DNA from: Methanobacteriota archaeon | Lineage (GTDB): Archaea; JAADCQ01; Methanopyri; Methanopyrales; Methanopyraceae | Length of the DNA: 55,942 bases | NCBI GenBank assembly: GCA_027064305.1 | Contig: JAMOPY010000015.1 | Location: 1 to 55,942, forward strand | Reading direction: 5' to 3' | In this document: piece by piece, positions 29,023 through 39,477 of the stretch | How the letters are laid out: each line of letters opens with the position of its first letter | Position numbering within the stretch: the first letter of the stretch is position 1 | Notes under the pieces: generated by a model | Database searches by the model: none | What the model saw: only the letters and a program-made list of their open reading frames with translations | What the model was told of the DNA's origin: nothing | Made by a program: the position numbers and the translations under genes

Positions 29023-29418
29023 TCAGGCGTTCAGGACCACGATGCCCAGCTCCTTCGCCTTCTTGAGGATCTCGCGCCGCTTGCGCTTGCCGACGCGGGA
29101 GGCGATCCGGGCCGCCTGGCGCTCCGGGTCGATCTTCTCCAGGTCCTTCGGGTTGTAGACGAGCACCTCCTCGTACCCGGACGGGTGCAGGCCGCGCACT
29201 TTCTTGGGGGAGCGGTAGCCGGGGTTGGGCATCTTGGGCTTGCTCTTGAACTTGCGGCGCATCTTGCTGTGCCGGCCCTTGGGCCGGCGCCACTTCTCGC
29301 CCAGCCGCTTGTACCGGTGCCACTCCTGGCGGCGGAACTTGGGCTTCTTGCGCTTGAGCTCCTCCCGGAGCCGGAGCAGGCGCTCCTCCTCCTTGGATAG
29401 GTTGGGGTTGCGGACCAA
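29023..29418 (-). CDS. rpl32e: 50S ribosomal protein L32e
   Basis: [31 protein letters not shown]; start TTG 29418 or GTG 29427. Confidence 0.95.
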   Translation of the reverse strand: MVRNPNLSKEEERLLRLREELKRKKPKFRRQEWHRYKRLGEKWRRPKGRHSKMRRKFKSKPKMPNPGYRSPKKVRGLHPSGYEEVLVYNPKDLEKIDPERQAARIASRVGKRKRREILKKAKELGIVVLNA

Positions 29419-29430
29419 GGTTCGCACCCC

Positions 29431-30054
29431 TTAGACGCGGGGCTCGATCTTCTTGCCGTCCTTCTCGACGATGTAGATACCGTCCTGGAACACGCGCGGG
29501 TCTCGGTCCTTGATCTCGGTCGCCTGCTCCAGGTTGGCCGCGGTCTGGCCCACGGCCTCCTTGTCAATGCCCCGGACGATGATGTCCTGGCCCTGGACGA
29601 TGACCTCGGTGTTCTCGGGGTCCACGATCTCAGCGACTCGCGGCACGTTCTCTCCCATGAAGTTCTCGATGTACACCTTGCCCTTCTCCTGGTCCACCTT
29701 GACCTCCGGCGGGAAGTGCGAGTACACCAGCTTGAGCCGGTACTCGTGGCCCTCGGTGACGCCCTTCTGCATGTTCTCGATGTAGGACTTGATCATGCCG
29801 AGGATGGCCTTGGTCCGTCGGTTGTGTCGCGTGGTGGCGATGACGACCTCGTCGTCCTCGAGCCACATGTAGACGTCCGGGTAGTAGAACTCCTTCGTGA
29901 CCTCGCCCTTGGGCCCCTTGACGGTGACCTCGTACCTCCGGTCGTGCTGCCGCCGGATCTCGACCTCGACGTCGTCCTTGATCTTGACCCGCTCCTCCAT
30001 CACGATGACGCCGGGGATGGCGTCCTCGGCGGGCTCGAGCCGGGCCTCGGACAC
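29431..30054 (-). CDS. rpl6: 50S ribosomal protein L6
   Basis: [38 protein letters not shown]. Confidence 0.95.
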   Translation of the reverse strand: MSEARLEPAEDAIPGVIVMEERVKIKDDVEVEIRRQHDRRYEVTVKGPKGEVTKEFYYPDVYMWLEDDEVVIATTRHNRRTKAILGMIKSYIENMQKGVTEGHEYRLKLVYSHFPPEVKVDQEKGKVYIENFMGENVPRVAEIVDPENTEVIVQGQDIIVRGIDKEAVGQTAANLEQATEIKDRDPRVFQDGIYIVEKDGKKIEPRV

Positions 30055-30067
30055 GGCCCGCCGCCCC

Positions 30068-30460
30068 CTAGTACACGTAGGCGAGCAGCCGGCCGCCGAT
30101 GCCGCGCTCCTTCGCCTCGTAGTGGGACATCACGCCCTCGGGCGTGGTGACGATGAGGAGGCCGAAGTCGCGGGCGGGTAGGTAGCGCTGCTCCCAGTAC
30201 TCCCACTCGTCCTTCTTCACCGGGTGCCGGGGCTTGATCACGCCGCAGTCGTTGATGCGGCCGACCAGTCGGACCAGGAACTTGCCGGAGCGGCCGTCGT
30301 CGATGAACTCGAAGCTACCGATGTAGCCGTGCTCCTGCATGACCTTCAGGACGCGGCCGATGAGCTTGGAGGCGGGCTCGATGACGCACTCCTTGTTGCC
30401 GACCATCTCGTTGTTCTTGATCGTGGCCATGGCGTCGGCCAGCGGGTCCATCAGGGTCAC
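30068..30460 (-). CDS. rps8: 30S ribosomal protein S8
   Basis: [45 protein letters not shown]. Confidence 0.95.
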   Translation of the reverse strand: MTLMDPLADAMATIKNNEMVGNKECVIEPASKLIGRVLKVMQEHGYIGSFEFIDDGRSGKFLVRLVGRINDCGVIKPRHPVKKDEWEYWEQRYLPARDFGLLIVTTPEGVMSHYEAKERGIGGRLLAYVY

Positions 30461-30475
30461 GCGCCGGACCCCCAA

Positions 30476-30622
30476 CTAGTGGTACTTCTTGAACCCCATC
30501 TTCTCGGCCACCTCGCGGAAGCACTGCCGGCAGAGCATGATCCCGTACTTCTGGATGACCCCGTGCGTGTCGCCGCAGCGTCGGCACCGGCGGGCACCCT
30601 TCCCGAACTCACGCTTGGCCAT
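30476..30622 (-). CDS. rps14: 30S ribosomal protein S14 (Zn type), missed by the ORF track
   Basis: Hand translation [48 protein letters not shown]. Confidence 0.95.
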   Translation of the reverse strand: MAKREFGKGARRCRRCGDTHGVIQKYGIMLCRQCFREVAEKMGFKKYH

Positions 30623-30628
30623 GCGGCA

Positions 30629-31192
30629 TCACCCCGGGAGGACCTCCACGTCGAACTCCTCCTCCATGTAAACGATACCCTCCTCCTTCGTCAGGCGGTG
30701 CCGACGCGGGATGGGCCGTCGGCAGCGGCGGCGCCGCATCACGCGGAACCCGGGGCGCTCCAGCACCACGGCGATGTCCATGCCGAAAATACCGATTTCG
30801 GGGTCGTACTCCACGCCTTCGAGGGCGATGTGCTCCTCGAGGCCGAAGGAGACGTTGCCGAACTCGTCGAACTGGCTCTCCCGCAGCTCCCGGTCGACGG
30901 CGTCCAGGACCCAGTCCAGGAACTCGCGAGCCCGGTCGCGGCGTAGGTCCACCTTGACGCCGATGGGCTGACCGCGGCGGATGCCGAAGCTCGGGTTCGT
31001 CTCCTTGGCGACCGTGTACACGGGCTTCTGACCGGTGAGGTCCTGGAGCAGCTGGTAGGCCTTCTCCAGGCGCTCGCCCGACTCACCGACGCCGATGTTG
31101 ACCGTGACCTTGCCGAGCCGGGGGCGGCGCATCGGGTTGCTCTCCCAGTCCTCCAGGATCCGGCGCCGGGTCTCCTCGTCCACGACGGACAC
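30629..31192 (-). CDS. rpl5: 50S ribosomal protein L5
   Basis: [38 protein letters not shown]. Confidence 0.95.
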   Translation of the reverse strand: MSVVDEETRRRILEDWESNPMRRPRLGKVTVNIGVGESGERLEKAYQLLQDLTGQKPVYTVAKETNPSFGIRRGQPIGVKVDLRRDRAREFLDWVLDAVDRELRESQFDEFGNVSFGLEEHIALEGVEYDPEIGIFGMDIAVVLERPGFRVMRRRRCRRPIPRRHRLTKEEGIVYMEEEFDVEVLPG

Positions 31193-31195
31193 GCG

Positions 31196-31984
31196 CTACG
31201 CCCCCTCCTCCGGCTGCACGGTGACGAGCGGCTCGTCCTCGCCGATGACGATGAGCCGGTCCTTCGTCGTCTGGAACCGGTCGCCCTCTTCGTTCTCGAT
31301 GGTCACGACGTCCTCCTGCGGGCCCTCCGTGACGTGGATCTCGACGATGCGACCGACCTCACCCGCGTGCCGGCCCGTCATGACGTACACGTAGACGCCC
31401 TCCTCCAGCGGCAGGTGATCCTCAACCTCCCACCGCTCGTCGCTGTCCGGCTCCGGCAGCCGCAGGACCAGGCTGTCGCCGACGCTGTACACGTCCTCCT
31501 TCGGGTCCGTCGGGTCCTCGATCTCCACGAGCCAGTTCTTCCCGTCGTGCAGCGTGATCTGGAGGTTCCCGCCCTTCACGTACGTCTTGTTCTTGATCCG
31601 GCAGACCTTGACGCGGGCCTCGTCCTCGTCGATGGGGACCACGTCGATCCGGTGGTAGCGGTTCATGATCACCCGGTAGCACTCGTTCACCCGCGGGATC
31701 TCCACCACGTCCATGATCCCGACCGGGTACTTGGGCTCCTTCCGCGGCACGCCGTCGACGTAGATCTCGCCCCGGGTGATGATCTTCCGCGCCTCCCGCG
31801 CGTAGTCCGCGTAGCCCAGGATGTCGCGGACGAGGATCAGCAGCGGCACGCTGGTGTCCATGGTGTGCGGGCCCGGGTACGGGCGCGGGGCGAACTTGCC
31901 GCCCTCCTTCCTGGGGATCGGCCAGGCGTACGGGGCGGCCAGGCGCTTGACGTGGCGCTTGGGTCCGCTCCGGGAGCGACCCAT
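31196..31984 (-). CDS. rps4e: 30S ribosomal protein S4e
   Basis: HVKRLAAP, PGPH, YPVGIMDV, LHDG, TGRHAG. Confidence 0.95.
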   Translation of the reverse strand: MGRSRSGPKRHVKRLAAPYAWPIPRKEGGKFAPRPYPGPHTMDTSVPLLILVRDILGYADYAREARKIITRGEIYVDGVPRKEPKYPVGIMDVVEIPRVNECYRVIMNRYHRIDVVPIDEDEARVKVCRIKNKTYVKGGNLQITLHDGKNWLVEIEDPTDPKEDVYSVGDSLVLRLPEPDSDERWEVEDHLPLEEGVYVYVMTGRHAGEVGRIVEIHVTEGPQEDVVTIENEEGDRFQTTKDRLIVIGEDEPLVTVQPEEGA

Positions 31985-32023
31985 TCGAGCCTACCCCCGA
32001 TCCCGCTCTCCGGATCTCCCGCG

Positions 32024-32449
32024 CTACCCTTCCTCCTTCTTTTCTTCTCCCTCCATCTCCCGCGCGTCCAGCTCCTCGGGGGTGCCGCCGGACCGCTCGA
32101 TGATCTTGCGGCGCATGGGATCGTCGAGGTTGGGCTTGACGATCATGACGTTGGACGGGTGGATGGGGTAGTACACCTCCTCCCCGTCCGCGCGCTCGAT
32201 CGTGGCGCCCTCGACGTAGATACGCATGCGTTTCAGGTCCACCTCCACGACCTCGCCCTCGTGGCCCTTGAAGTCGCCGCGCATGATCCGGACGATGTCA
32301 CCCTTCCGGACGGGCAGGCTGCGCCGGTTGTACCGCTCCCGGAGGGCCGGGTGTAGGGTCGCGCTCATCAGCTTCTGGCGCTTGTGTAGGGGCGCGTTGA
32401 AGAAGGCCCGGCGCTGCTTGCGCGGCTGCCGGGACTTGGTCCAGCGCAC
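32024..32449 (-). CDS. rpl24: 50S ribosomal protein L24
   Basis: [31 protein letters not shown]. Confidence 0.95.
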   Translation of the reverse strand: MRWTKSRQPRKQRRAFFNAPLHKRQKLMSATLHPALRERYNRRSLPVRKGDIVRIMRGDFKGHEGEVVEVDLKRMRIYVEGATIERADGEEVYYPIHPSNVMIVKPNLDDPMRRKIIERSGGTPEELDAREMEGEEKKEEG

Positions 32450-32461
32450 GGACCGGTCCCC

Positions 32462-32863
32462 CTACACGATGATGCTCGCGATGCTGCCGATGCGCGGCCA
32501 GCGCTCGGCCGCCTCCTTGGCCACGGGGCCGCGGATCTCGGAGCCGCGCGGGGCGCCGTCCGAGGTCGTGATCACGGCCGCGTTGTCCTCGAACTTGACC
32601 CGGGTTCCGTCGGGCCGGCGGTACTCCTTCCGCTGCCGGATGATCACCGCGTTCACGACCTCCTTCTTCATGTCCGGCGTGCCCTCCTTAACCGAGCAGA
32701 CGACCATGTCCCCGATCCCGGCGTTCGGCAGCCGGCGCCGGACGCCCTTGTAGCCCTTGACCGCGATGATCTGGAGCTCCCGGGCGCCCGTGTTGTCCGC
32801 GCAGACGAGCCGGGCGCCCACCGGCAGCGCGGCGCGCGGGGACTTGGCCTTGATCGCGCGCAT
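32462..32863 (-). CDS. rpl14: 50S ribosomal protein L14
   Basis: [32 protein letters not shown]. Confidence 0.95.
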   Translation of the reverse strand: MRAIKAKSPRAALPVGARLVCADNTGARELQIIAVKGYKGVRRRLPNAGIGDMVVCSVKEGTPDMKKEVVNAVIIRQRKEYRRPDGTRVKFEDNAAVITTSDGAPRGSEIRGPVAKEAAERWPRIGSIASIIV

Positions 32864-33207
32864 TACCGCTCACCCGCCCGCTCCAGCACCTCGATCACGA
32901 CGAAGCTCTTCGTCTTGCTCAGGGGACGGCACTCCGCGATCTTGACCCGGTCACCCTCCCGGGCGTCGATGCACGGTGGGTTGTGCGCGGGGATCCGGGA
33001 TCGGCGGCGCTCCCAGCGCTCGTACTTCTGATCGTACTTGTAGTACTCCCGCTCCACGATCACGGTCTTGTCCATTCGATCGCTCACCACCACGCCCTCC
33101 AGGATCGTCCCGCGGACCCTCAGGTTGCCGTGGAAGGGACAGTTCGGGTCGTCACACTCCCGCTTGGGGGGCGTGACCCCGAGACCGAGGTCCTTCGCCT
33201 TCCCCAA
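32863..33207 (-). CDS. rps17: 30S ribosomal protein S17
   Basis: [33 protein letters not shown]. Confidence 0.95.
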   Translation of the reverse strand: MGKAKDLGLGVTPPKRECDDPNCPFHGNLRVRGTILEGVVVSDRMDKTVIVEREYYKYDQKYERWERRRSRIPAHNPPCIDAREGDRVKIAECRPLSKTKSFVVIEVLERAGER

Positions 33208-33221
33208 ACTTCGGCGCCCCC

Positions 33222-33545
33222 TCAGTCCAGGTAGTCCTCCGGGTCGAAGCGGCCTCGGACGGTCTCCGCGTACCTGAACCGCTTAGTTAGCCTTTCCTCC
33301 GGTCGGCCCACGAGCAGGGCGCCGTCAACGCGCACGCGCTCGCCCGTGGGCAGCTTGAGCTCGAGCAGCACCTGATCTTTCACTATAACCTTTTCACCGG
33401 AGCCCGTATCCAGGACGAGCGTGTTCCTGGTCTCGTCCACGATCACGCCCTCCAGCCCCTCGTACGGCGGGCCCAGCGACTTAACCACCCGGCACTCCAG
33501 CCCGATGAGCTCGTGCCGCAGTAGGTTCCTCGGGGTGATCGGCAC
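33222..33545 (-). CDS. rnp1: RNase P protein component 1 (Rpp29/Pop4)
   Basis: [32 protein letters not shown]; canonical position upstream of S17. Confidence 0.93.
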   Translation of the reverse strand: MPITPRNLLRHELIGLECRVVKSLGPPYEGLEGVIVDETRNTLVLDTGSGEKVIVKDQVLLELKLPTGERVRVDGALLVGRPEERLTKRFRYAETVRGRFDPEDYLD

Positions 33546-33974
33546 GTGGCGGACCCCCGGGTTCGGGTCTTCCGGTCGGAGACCTGCCGCCGGCTCCTCG
33601 CGCTGGCCCTCCGGGAGGCCCGGCGGATCGAGCGAGGCCGGGACGACGTGCGGTACGACGCGGACGGGCGCGTACTGCGGCTGTCGGACGGGCCGGAGAG
33701 GCTCACGATCGTCTCGGAGCGGGCGGCGGAGCTGCTGGGCGGGGAGGGGCGCGTCGAGCTGACGTTCAACGACCCGGCCGTGGCCGAGACGGAGCGGTGC
33801 TGCTTCCTGGACAAGATCCGGCTGGCCGAGGAGCTCGCCCGGCTCCTGGTACGTGGGGAGTTCGAGCGCTTCGCGGAGCGGGTTCGCCGCCTGCCCCGGC
33901 CCGCCCGGATCGAGCTGTCCGGCGACCCGGAGTACGAGCCGGTCGCCCTCCGGTCACCCCTCACGCAGTCGTGA
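33546..33974 (+). CDS. Hypothetical protein
   Basis: Genome-typical codon and amino acid usage; fills the gap between rnp1 and the dehydrogenase. Confidence 0.55.
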   Translation: MADPRVRVFRSETCRRLLALALREARRIERGRDDVRYDADGRVLRLSDGPERLTIVSERAAELLGGEGRVELTFNDPAVAETERCCFLDKIRLAEELARLLVRGEFERFAERVRRLPRPARIELSGDPEYEPVALRSPLTQS

Positions 33975-34961
33975 GAGGACGGCCTCCGTCACCTCCTCCG
34001 TGCTCGCCCGCCCGCCCAGGTCCGGCGTCCGCACGCCGTCCCGCAGCGTCGCCTCCACCGCGCGCTCGATCGCCCGGGCCTCCTCCTCGTATCCCAGCCA
34101 GTCGAGCATCATGGCGGCGGAGAGGATGGCGGCGAGGGGGTTGGCGATGCCCTTGCCGGCGATGTCGGGGGCGGACCCGTGCACGGGCTCGAACAGCGCG
34201 TGCTCGTCCCCCACGTTCGCGCTCGGCGCCAGGCCAAGGCTGCCCATGAGTCCGGCGGCCAGGTCGGAGAGGATGTCTCCGAAGAGGTTGGAGGTGAGGA
34301 GCACGTCGAAGCGGTCGGGCTCGCGCACGAGCCTGTAGGCGGCCGCGTCCACGTACTCCTCGTCCCACTCCAGGCCCCGGGCCTCGATCGCCTCGATCGC
34401 CGCGCGCTTGAACGTCCCGCAGGTGAGCTTCAGCACGTTCGCCTTGTGCACGATCGTAACCCTGCCGTCCCGCTCCTCGGCCAGGTCGCAGGCGACCTCC
34501 GCGACCCGGCGGGCGCCCTCGCGGGAGATCTTGCGGAGGGCGAGGGTGACCCCGTCGTGCACCTCGCACTCGCAGCCGACGTAGAGGCCCTCCGTGTTCT
34601 CGCGCACGATCACGAGGTCGAACTCGGCCTCGACGGGCCGGGGGGCGGGCCAGGAGCGGGCGGGCCGGACGTTCGCGTAGAGGTCCAGCTCCCGCCGCAG
34701 GCGGACGATGGGGCTCTCGGCCTCGGGGTCCTCGGGCGTGGTGCAGGCGCCGAAGAGGACGGCGTCCGCCTCGCGGCACGCCTCGATGGTGTCCTCCTCG
34801 ATGGTCACGCCCTTCTCCTTCCAGAGCCGGTAACCGGCCCTCCGCTCCTCGAGCTCCAGCTCGCCGCCGAGGACCTCGCGGAGGACGCGGACGGCGGCGT
34901 CGATCACCTCGGGGCCGATGCCGTCGCCAGGGATCACGACGACGGTGGGCGACGCGTTCAC
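33954..34961 (-). CDS. Isopropylmalate/homoisocitrate-family dehydrogenase (LeuB or AksF)
   Basis: PGDGIGPEV, YANVRP, RENTEGLY, HKANV, NLFGDILSD, FEPVHGSAPDIAG. Confidence 0.9.
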   Translation of the reverse strand: MNASPTVVVIPGDGIGPEVIDAAVRVLREVLGGELELEERRAGYRLWKEKGVTIEEDTIEACREADAVLFGACTTPEDPEAESPIVRLRRELDLYANVRPARSWPAPRPVEAEFDLVIVRENTEGLYVGCECEVHDGVTLALRKISREGARRVAEVACDLAEERDGRVTIVHKANVLKLTCGTFKRAAIEAIEARGLEWDEEYVDAAAYRLVREPDRFDVLLTSNLFGDILSDLAAGLMGSLGLAPSANVGDEHALFEPVHGSAPDIAGKGIANPLAAILSAAMMLDWLGYEEEARAIERAVEATLRDGVRTPDLGGRASTEEVTEAVLSRLREG

Positions 34962-34982
34962 CCCCGCGGTCGGTCGGGGAAG

Positions 34983-35043
34983 CCCTCCGCAAGGCCAATC
35001 CTCTTCATCCGGGCGTCGAGCCGGGGCAGGCTCTTCATCGGGG
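34983..35043 (-). ncRNA. C/D box sRNA candidate overlapping the upstream stop codon
   Basis: ATGAAGA-GCCTGCCCCGGC-TCGA-cgcccgg-ATGAAGA-GGATTGGCCTTG-CGGA. Confidence 0.65.
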
Positions 35044-36387
35044 GAACTTGGGCGGGACGCGTCCGCGGCGTCGGAACATGGTGGGTCGGTAATCGGAGAC
35101 GTCCATGACGGGGGCCTTGCCCAGCAGGCCGCCCAGCTCGAACTCGTCGCCCGGCTCCTTGCCCGGGGCGGGGATGATGCGCACGGCCGTGGGCTTGCCC
35201 GTAGCCACGCCGATGGCGGCCTCGTCCGCGATGATGCCGGCGATGGTCTCGACGGGCGTGTCGCCCGGGATCACGACCATGTCGATGCCGACGGAGCAGA
35301 CGGCGGTCATGGCCTCGAGCTTCTCCAGGGTCAGCGCCTCCCGCGCCGCCCGGGCCATGCCCGCGTCCTCGCTCACGGGGATGAAGGCCTCGCTGTAGCC
35401 CCCGTGCCGGGAGGTCGCGGCCGCGCCCCCCTTCTTGACCGCGTCCATCAGGAGGTGCAGGGCGGCCGTGCTGCCGGGGCACCCGCAGGACTCGAGCCCG
35501 ATCCCCTCGAGGATCTCGGCCACGCTGTCCCCCTCCTCCGGAGTGGGGGCGAGGGAGAGGTCCACGGCCCCGAACTCGACGCCGAGACGCTCGGCGACGC
35601 GGCGCCCGACGAGCTCGCCGACCCGGGTGATCTTGAACGCGGTGCGCTTGATCTCGTCGTGCAGGGTGCGGAAGTCGACGTCGCCCAGCTCCTCGATCAC
35701 GGCCCGAACGACGCCGGGCCCGGAGATCCCGACGTTCACGCACGCGTCGGGCTGGCCCACCCCGTGGAAGGCGCCCGCCATGAACGGGGTGTTCTCCGGC
35801 GCGTTCGCGAGCGCCACGAGCCGGGCGCACCCGAGCCCGTCCGTCCGCTCGGCCGTCTCCTTCACGGCCTCGGCCGCGCGCTTGACCGCCTCCATGTTGA
35901 TCCCGTAGCGCTCGTCGGCCACGACCACCGAGGCGCACAGCCGCTCCGTCCGCTCGAGCGCCTCCGGGATCGTGTCCAGGATCGCCTCGTCACCCGTCGT
36001 GAACCCGTCGTAGACGAGCGCGGTGTAACCGCCGATGAAGTCCACGCCCACCTCCCCGGCCGCCTCGTCCAGCGCGTCCGCGAGCTCGAGCGCGGCCTCC
36101 TCCCCGAGCTCCCGGGCGGCCGGGGCGACGATCAGGCAGCAGGGCGTCACCGCGATCCGCTTGTGAACGATCGGGACCCCGAGCTCCTCCTCCACCTCCT
36201 CCACGACCTCGACCAGGTCGCCGGCCACGTCCAGGAGCTTTCCCACGACCCGCTCGCGCAGCTCGCCGGGGTCCGGGCTCGCGCAGTCCAGGAGGCTGAC
36301 GCCCAGCGTGACCGCGCGCACGTCCAGGTTCATCCGTCGGACCATCTCCACGGTCTCCACGGCCTCCTCCACGTCCAGCCGGCCCAA
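35035..36387 (-). CDS. UPF0210/DUF711 (PFL-like fold) protein
   Basis: LDVRAVTLG, KRIAVTP, PFMAGAFHG, AFKITRVG, VDLSLAP, AFIPVSED, CSVGIDM. Confidence 0.88.
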   Translation of the reverse strand: MGRLDVEEAVETVEMVRRMNLDVRAVTLGVSLLDCASPDPGELRERVVGKLLDVAGDLVEVVEEVEEELGVPIVHKRIAVTPCCLIVAPAARELGEEAALELADALDEAAGEVGVDFIGGYTALVYDGFTTGDEAILDTIPEALERTERLCASVVVADERYGINMEAVKRAAEAVKETAERTDGLGCARLVALANAPENTPFMAGAFHGVGQPDACVNVGISGPGVVRAVIEELGDVDFRTLHDEIKRTAFKITRVGELVGRRVAERLGVEFGAVDLSLAPTPEEGDSVAEILEGIGLESCGCPGSTAALHLLMDAVKKGGAAATSRHGGYSEAFIPVSEDAGMARAAREALTLEKLEAMTAVCSVGIDMVVIPGDTPVETIAGIIADEAAIGVATGKPTAVRIIPAPGKEPGDEFELGGLLGKAPVMDVSDYRPTMFRRRGRVPPKFPR

Positions 36388-36402
36388 CGCGGACCCCCCG
36401 GC

Positions 36403-36675
36403 CTAGACCCGGTGCATCGCTCGGTACACGTCCTCATGCTGCACGACCACGTCCACGCCGAGCTCCTCGCCGACCCGCTCCAGCTCCCGGCGCAGCTCCT
36501 TCACGCTCACGTCCGCCTCGGAAAGGTCCACGAGCATGACCATCGCGAAGAGGTCCCGGAGCACGGTCTGCGAGATGTCCTCGATGTTCACGTTGTGCTC
36601 CGCCAGGACGCGCGACACGCCCGCCACGATGCCGGGCCGATCCACCCCGATGACCGTCACCACGGCCCGGGTCAA
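36403..36675 (-). CDS. ACT-domain protein (UPF0237)
   Basis: VVTVIGVDRPGIVA..NVNIEDISQT..QHEDVYRAMHRV; usual partner of DUF711. Confidence 0.88.
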   Translation of the reverse strand: MTRAVVTVIGVDRPGIVAGVSRVLAEHNVNIEDISQTVLRDLFAMVMLVDLSEADVSVKELRRELERVGEELGVDVVVQHEDVYRAMHRV

Positions 36676-36759
36676 CCGGACAACCCCCGACGCGGGTTTC
36701 CCCTCCCACGCCCGATATCCCCATTTAGGGGCCGACCGGGCCGCGGCCCGGGGCCGCGC

Positions 36760-37563
36760 GTGCCCGGGCTGTGGACCTCGATCCTGGCCGGGGTGGTGCA
36801 GGGCACCCTCGAGTGGCTTCCGGTCAGCAGCGAGGGCCAGGCCGCGATGGCCCTGATGCGGGTTATAGGGGTGCACCCCCGGATCGCGCTCGACCTCGCC
36901 CTGTGGCTGCACGCCGGCACCCTCCTGGCCGTGCTCGCCCGCTTCGCCCGCCCGTACCTGAACGCGCTCGTCGGCCTGGTGCGGGGCGGTGAGTGGCGCC
37001 GGCTCGCGGTCTTCCTGATCGTGGCCACCCTCGCCACGGGCGCGGTGGGGGTCCCGATTTACAAGGTGCTCAAGCGCGCGGTCTCGGCGGCGACGGGCGA
37101 CACCGTCCAGATGCTCATCGGGCTCGCGCTGATCGTCACCGGTCTCCTCCTCCGGGTCTCGCCCGCGGGGCTGAGGACCCGGTGGGACGTGCGCCTCTCG
37201 GACGCCCTGCTCGTGGGGCTCGGGCAGGGGTTCGCCGTGATCCCGGGCATCAGCCGCTCGGGCACGACCATGGCGATCCTGCTCTGGCGACGGTTCGACT
37301 CGGGGGACGCGGTCTGGCTCTCCTTCTTCCTCGCGGGTCCGGCGATGCTCGGGGCCACCGTGCTCGAGCTGAAGGAGGGGATGGAGGCCGCGCGGGCCGT
37401 GGGGGCTGAATGGATGGCGGGCGCGCTGGCCACCTCCTTCATCGTCAGCCTCCTCTCGATGGAGGTTCTCCTGCGGGTGGCCCGGCGGCTGGACTTCTCC
37501 AAGGTCTGCCTCCTGCTCGGTGCGATCGCGCTGCTCGCGCCGCTGATCGGAAAGGTGGCGTGA
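36760..37563 (+). CDS. uppP: Undecaprenyl-diphosphate phosphatase (UppP/BacA family)
   Basis: GVVQGTLEWLPVSSEG, HAGT, QGFAVIPGISRSGTT, SFFL. Confidence 0.9.
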   Translation: MPGLWTSILAGVVQGTLEWLPVSSEGQAAMALMRVIGVHPRIALDLALWLHAGTLLAVLARFARPYLNALVGLVRGGEWRRLAVFLIVATLATGAVGVPIYKVLKRAVSAATGDTVQMLIGLALIVTGLLLRVSPAGLRTRWDVRLSDALLVGLGQGFAVIPGISRSGTTMAILLWRRFDSGDAVWLSFFLAGPAMLGATVLELKEGMEAARAVGAEWMAGALATSFIVSLLSMEVLLRVARRLDFSKVCLLLGAIALLAPLIGKVA

Positions 37564-37576
37564 GGGGGTCGGCCGG

Positions 37577-37963
37577 ATCACGATCAAGGAGCTCGCGGCG
37601 GTGGCGCTCGGGGGCGCGCTCGGGTCGGTGGCGCGCTACCTGATCTCGGGCGCGGTCCCGGGGACGATGGGGGTTCCGTGGGGTACGGTGGCGGTCAACG
37701 GGCTGGGCTCCTTCCTCCTCGGGTTCGTGATGTGGTCGGTGAGCCTGGGGCTGCGCCTCTCCCCGGAGGCGCGGGCCCTGCTGACCGTCGGGTTCTGCGG
37801 CGGCCTGACCACGTTCAGCACGTTCGCGTACGAGCTCGTGGAGCTGGAGGCGGTCTCGCCCTCCCTCGCCGCCCTCTACCTCCTGGCCAACCTGGGCGTG
37901 GGCGTCTTAGGCGTCCTCGGGGGCATGGCGCTGGCCCACCTGTACCTGGCGGGGCGAGGGTGA
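37577..37963 (+). CDS. crcB: Fluoride channel CrcB/FluC (start probably ATC 37577, otherwise GTG 37601)
   Basis: GGALGSVARY, PWGTVAVN..GSFLLG, GFCGGLTTFSTF. Confidence 0.92.
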   Translation: MTIKELAAVALGGALGSVARYLISGAVPGTMGVPWGTVAVNGLGSFLLGFVMWSVSLGLRLSPEARALLTVGFCGGLTTFSTFAYELVELEAVSPSLAALYLLANLGVGVLGVLGGMALAHLYLAGRG

Positions 37964-37964
37964 C

Positions 37965-38297
37965 TTGGCGCGGGGGTTCCGGGAGCCGGTTAAGATGAAG
38001 CTGTACCTGCTCGAGGGGGATCGGATCGAGGGCGTCCCGGCCGTGGACTGGGTGCTGGAGAAGGTGCGGGAGCTCGGTCTGAGGGGGGCCACGGTGCACC
38101 GCTGCTTCGCCGGGTGCGGGCGTCGGGGGCGCTCGGAGGCTCGGATCCTGCGCCGCTCCACCAACCTGCCCGTCGTGGTGGAGGTGGTGGACGAGCGGGA
38201 GAAGGTGGAGCGGCTGGTGCGGCTGCTGAGGCGAAAGGTGGACGTGGGGCTGGTCACGCTCGAGCGGCTCGAGGAAGCGTACGACCTGGAGGGGTGA
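37965..38297 (+). CDS. DUF190 (PII-like) protein
   Basis: LYLLEGD, GLRGATV, NLPVVVEVVD; usual crcB neighbour. Confidence 0.85.
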   Translation: MARGFREPVKMKLYLLEGDRIEGVPAVDWVLEKVRELGLRGATVHRCFAGCGRRGRSEARILRRSTNLPVVVEVVDEREKVERLVRLLRRKVDVGLVTLERLEEAYDLEG

Positions 38298-38301
38298 CCC
38301 C

Positions 38302-39477
38302 GTGCAGAGCCCCTACGTGCGCGAGGTTGTGGACCGGATGGAGCTCCCGGACGAGGTGATCATCTACGACACGACGTTGAGGGACGGGGAGCAGACGCCC
38401 GGGGTCAGTTTCACCCCGGGGCAGAAGCTGGAGATCGCGCGCCTCCTGGACGAGCTGGGCGTGCAGCAGATCGAGGCCGGGTTCCCGGTGGTCTCCGAGG
38501 GAGAGCGGGAGGCGGTCCGCCGGATCGCCCGGGAGGGCCTGGACGCGGACGTTCTCTGCCTGGCGCGGACGCTGCGGGGGGACGTGGACGCGGCGGTGGA
38601 GTGCGAGGTGGACGGAGTCATCACCTTCATCGCGACCTCGGACCTGCACCTGAGGCACAAGCTGAAGATGAGCCGGGAGGAGGTGCTCGAGCGGGTCGCG
38701 GACACCGTGGAGTACGCGAAGGACCACGGGCTGTGGGTCGCGTTCTCCGCGGAGGACGGGACGCGGACGGAGTTCGAGTTCCTGGAGAAGGTGTACCGGA
38801 CCGCGGAGGAGTGCGGGGCGGACCGCGTGCACGCCACGGACACGGTCGGGGTCATGATCCCGGAGGCCATGCGGCTCTTCGTGCGGAGGATCCGGGAGGT
38901 CGTGGACGTGCCCGTGGGGGTGCACTGTCACGACGACTTCGGGCTGGCCGTGGCGAACTCGCTGGCCGCCGTGGAGGCCGGGGCCCAGGCCGTCTCGACC
39001 ACGGTGAACGGGATCGGGGAGCGGGCGGGGAACGCCGCGCTCGAGGAGGTGGTCATGGCGCTGGAGAAGCTCTACGGGCTCGACCTCGGGTTCAACACGG
39101 AGGTGCTCGCGGAGCTCTCCCGGAAGGTCGCGGAGTACTCCGGGATCGACGTGCCCCCGAACAAGGCGGTCGTGGGCGAGAACGCGTTCCGGCACGAGTC
39201 CGGGATCCACGTGGCCGCCGTGCTCGAGGAGCCGCGCACGTACGAGCCCATGGACCCGCGCGAGGTGGGCATGGACCGGCGGATCGTGCTCGGCAAGCAC
39301 ACCGGACGCAAGGCCGTGGAGGCCAAGCTGCGGGAGCTGGGCGTGGAGCCGGACGAGGAGCTGGTCGAGGAGGTGCTCCGGAGGATCAAGGCGCTGGGCG
39401 ACCGGAAGGTGCGGATCACCGACTCAAGGCTCCGGGAGATCGTGAAGCGCGTGGTGGAATCGCGAGGAGATCGTTAG
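38302..39477 (+). CDS. aksA: Homocitrate synthase-like DRE-TIM enzyme lacking the regulatory domain (probably AksA)
   Basis: DTTLRDGEQ, HCHDD, GIGERAGN, HESGIH, LGKHTG; 391 aa, no LeuA/CimA regulatory domain. Confidence 0.75.
   Translation: MQSPYVREVVDRMELPDEVIIYDTTLRDGEQTPGVSFTPGQKLEIARLLDELGVQQIEAGFPVVSEGEREAVRRIAREGLDADVLCLARTLRGDVDAAVECEVDGVITFIATSDLHLRHKLKMSREEVLERVADTVEYAKDHGLWVAFSAEDGTRTEFEFLEKVYRTAEECGADRVHATDTVGVMIPEAMRLFVRRIREVVDVPVGVHCHDDFGLAVANSLAAVEAGAQAVSTTVNGIGERAGNAALEEVVMALEKLYGLDLGFNTEVLAELSRKVAEYSGIDVPPNKAVVGENAFRHESGIHVAAVLEEPRTYEPMDPREVGMDRRIVLGKHTGRKAVEAKLRELGVEPDEELVEEVLRRIKALGDRKVRITDSRLREIVKRVVESRGDR

Noticed and set aside
36676-37600. Fluoride riboswitch upstream of crcB
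   Set aside because: crcB follows uppP within about 14 nt, and no GGCGAUG-type aptamer is recognisable upstream of either gene
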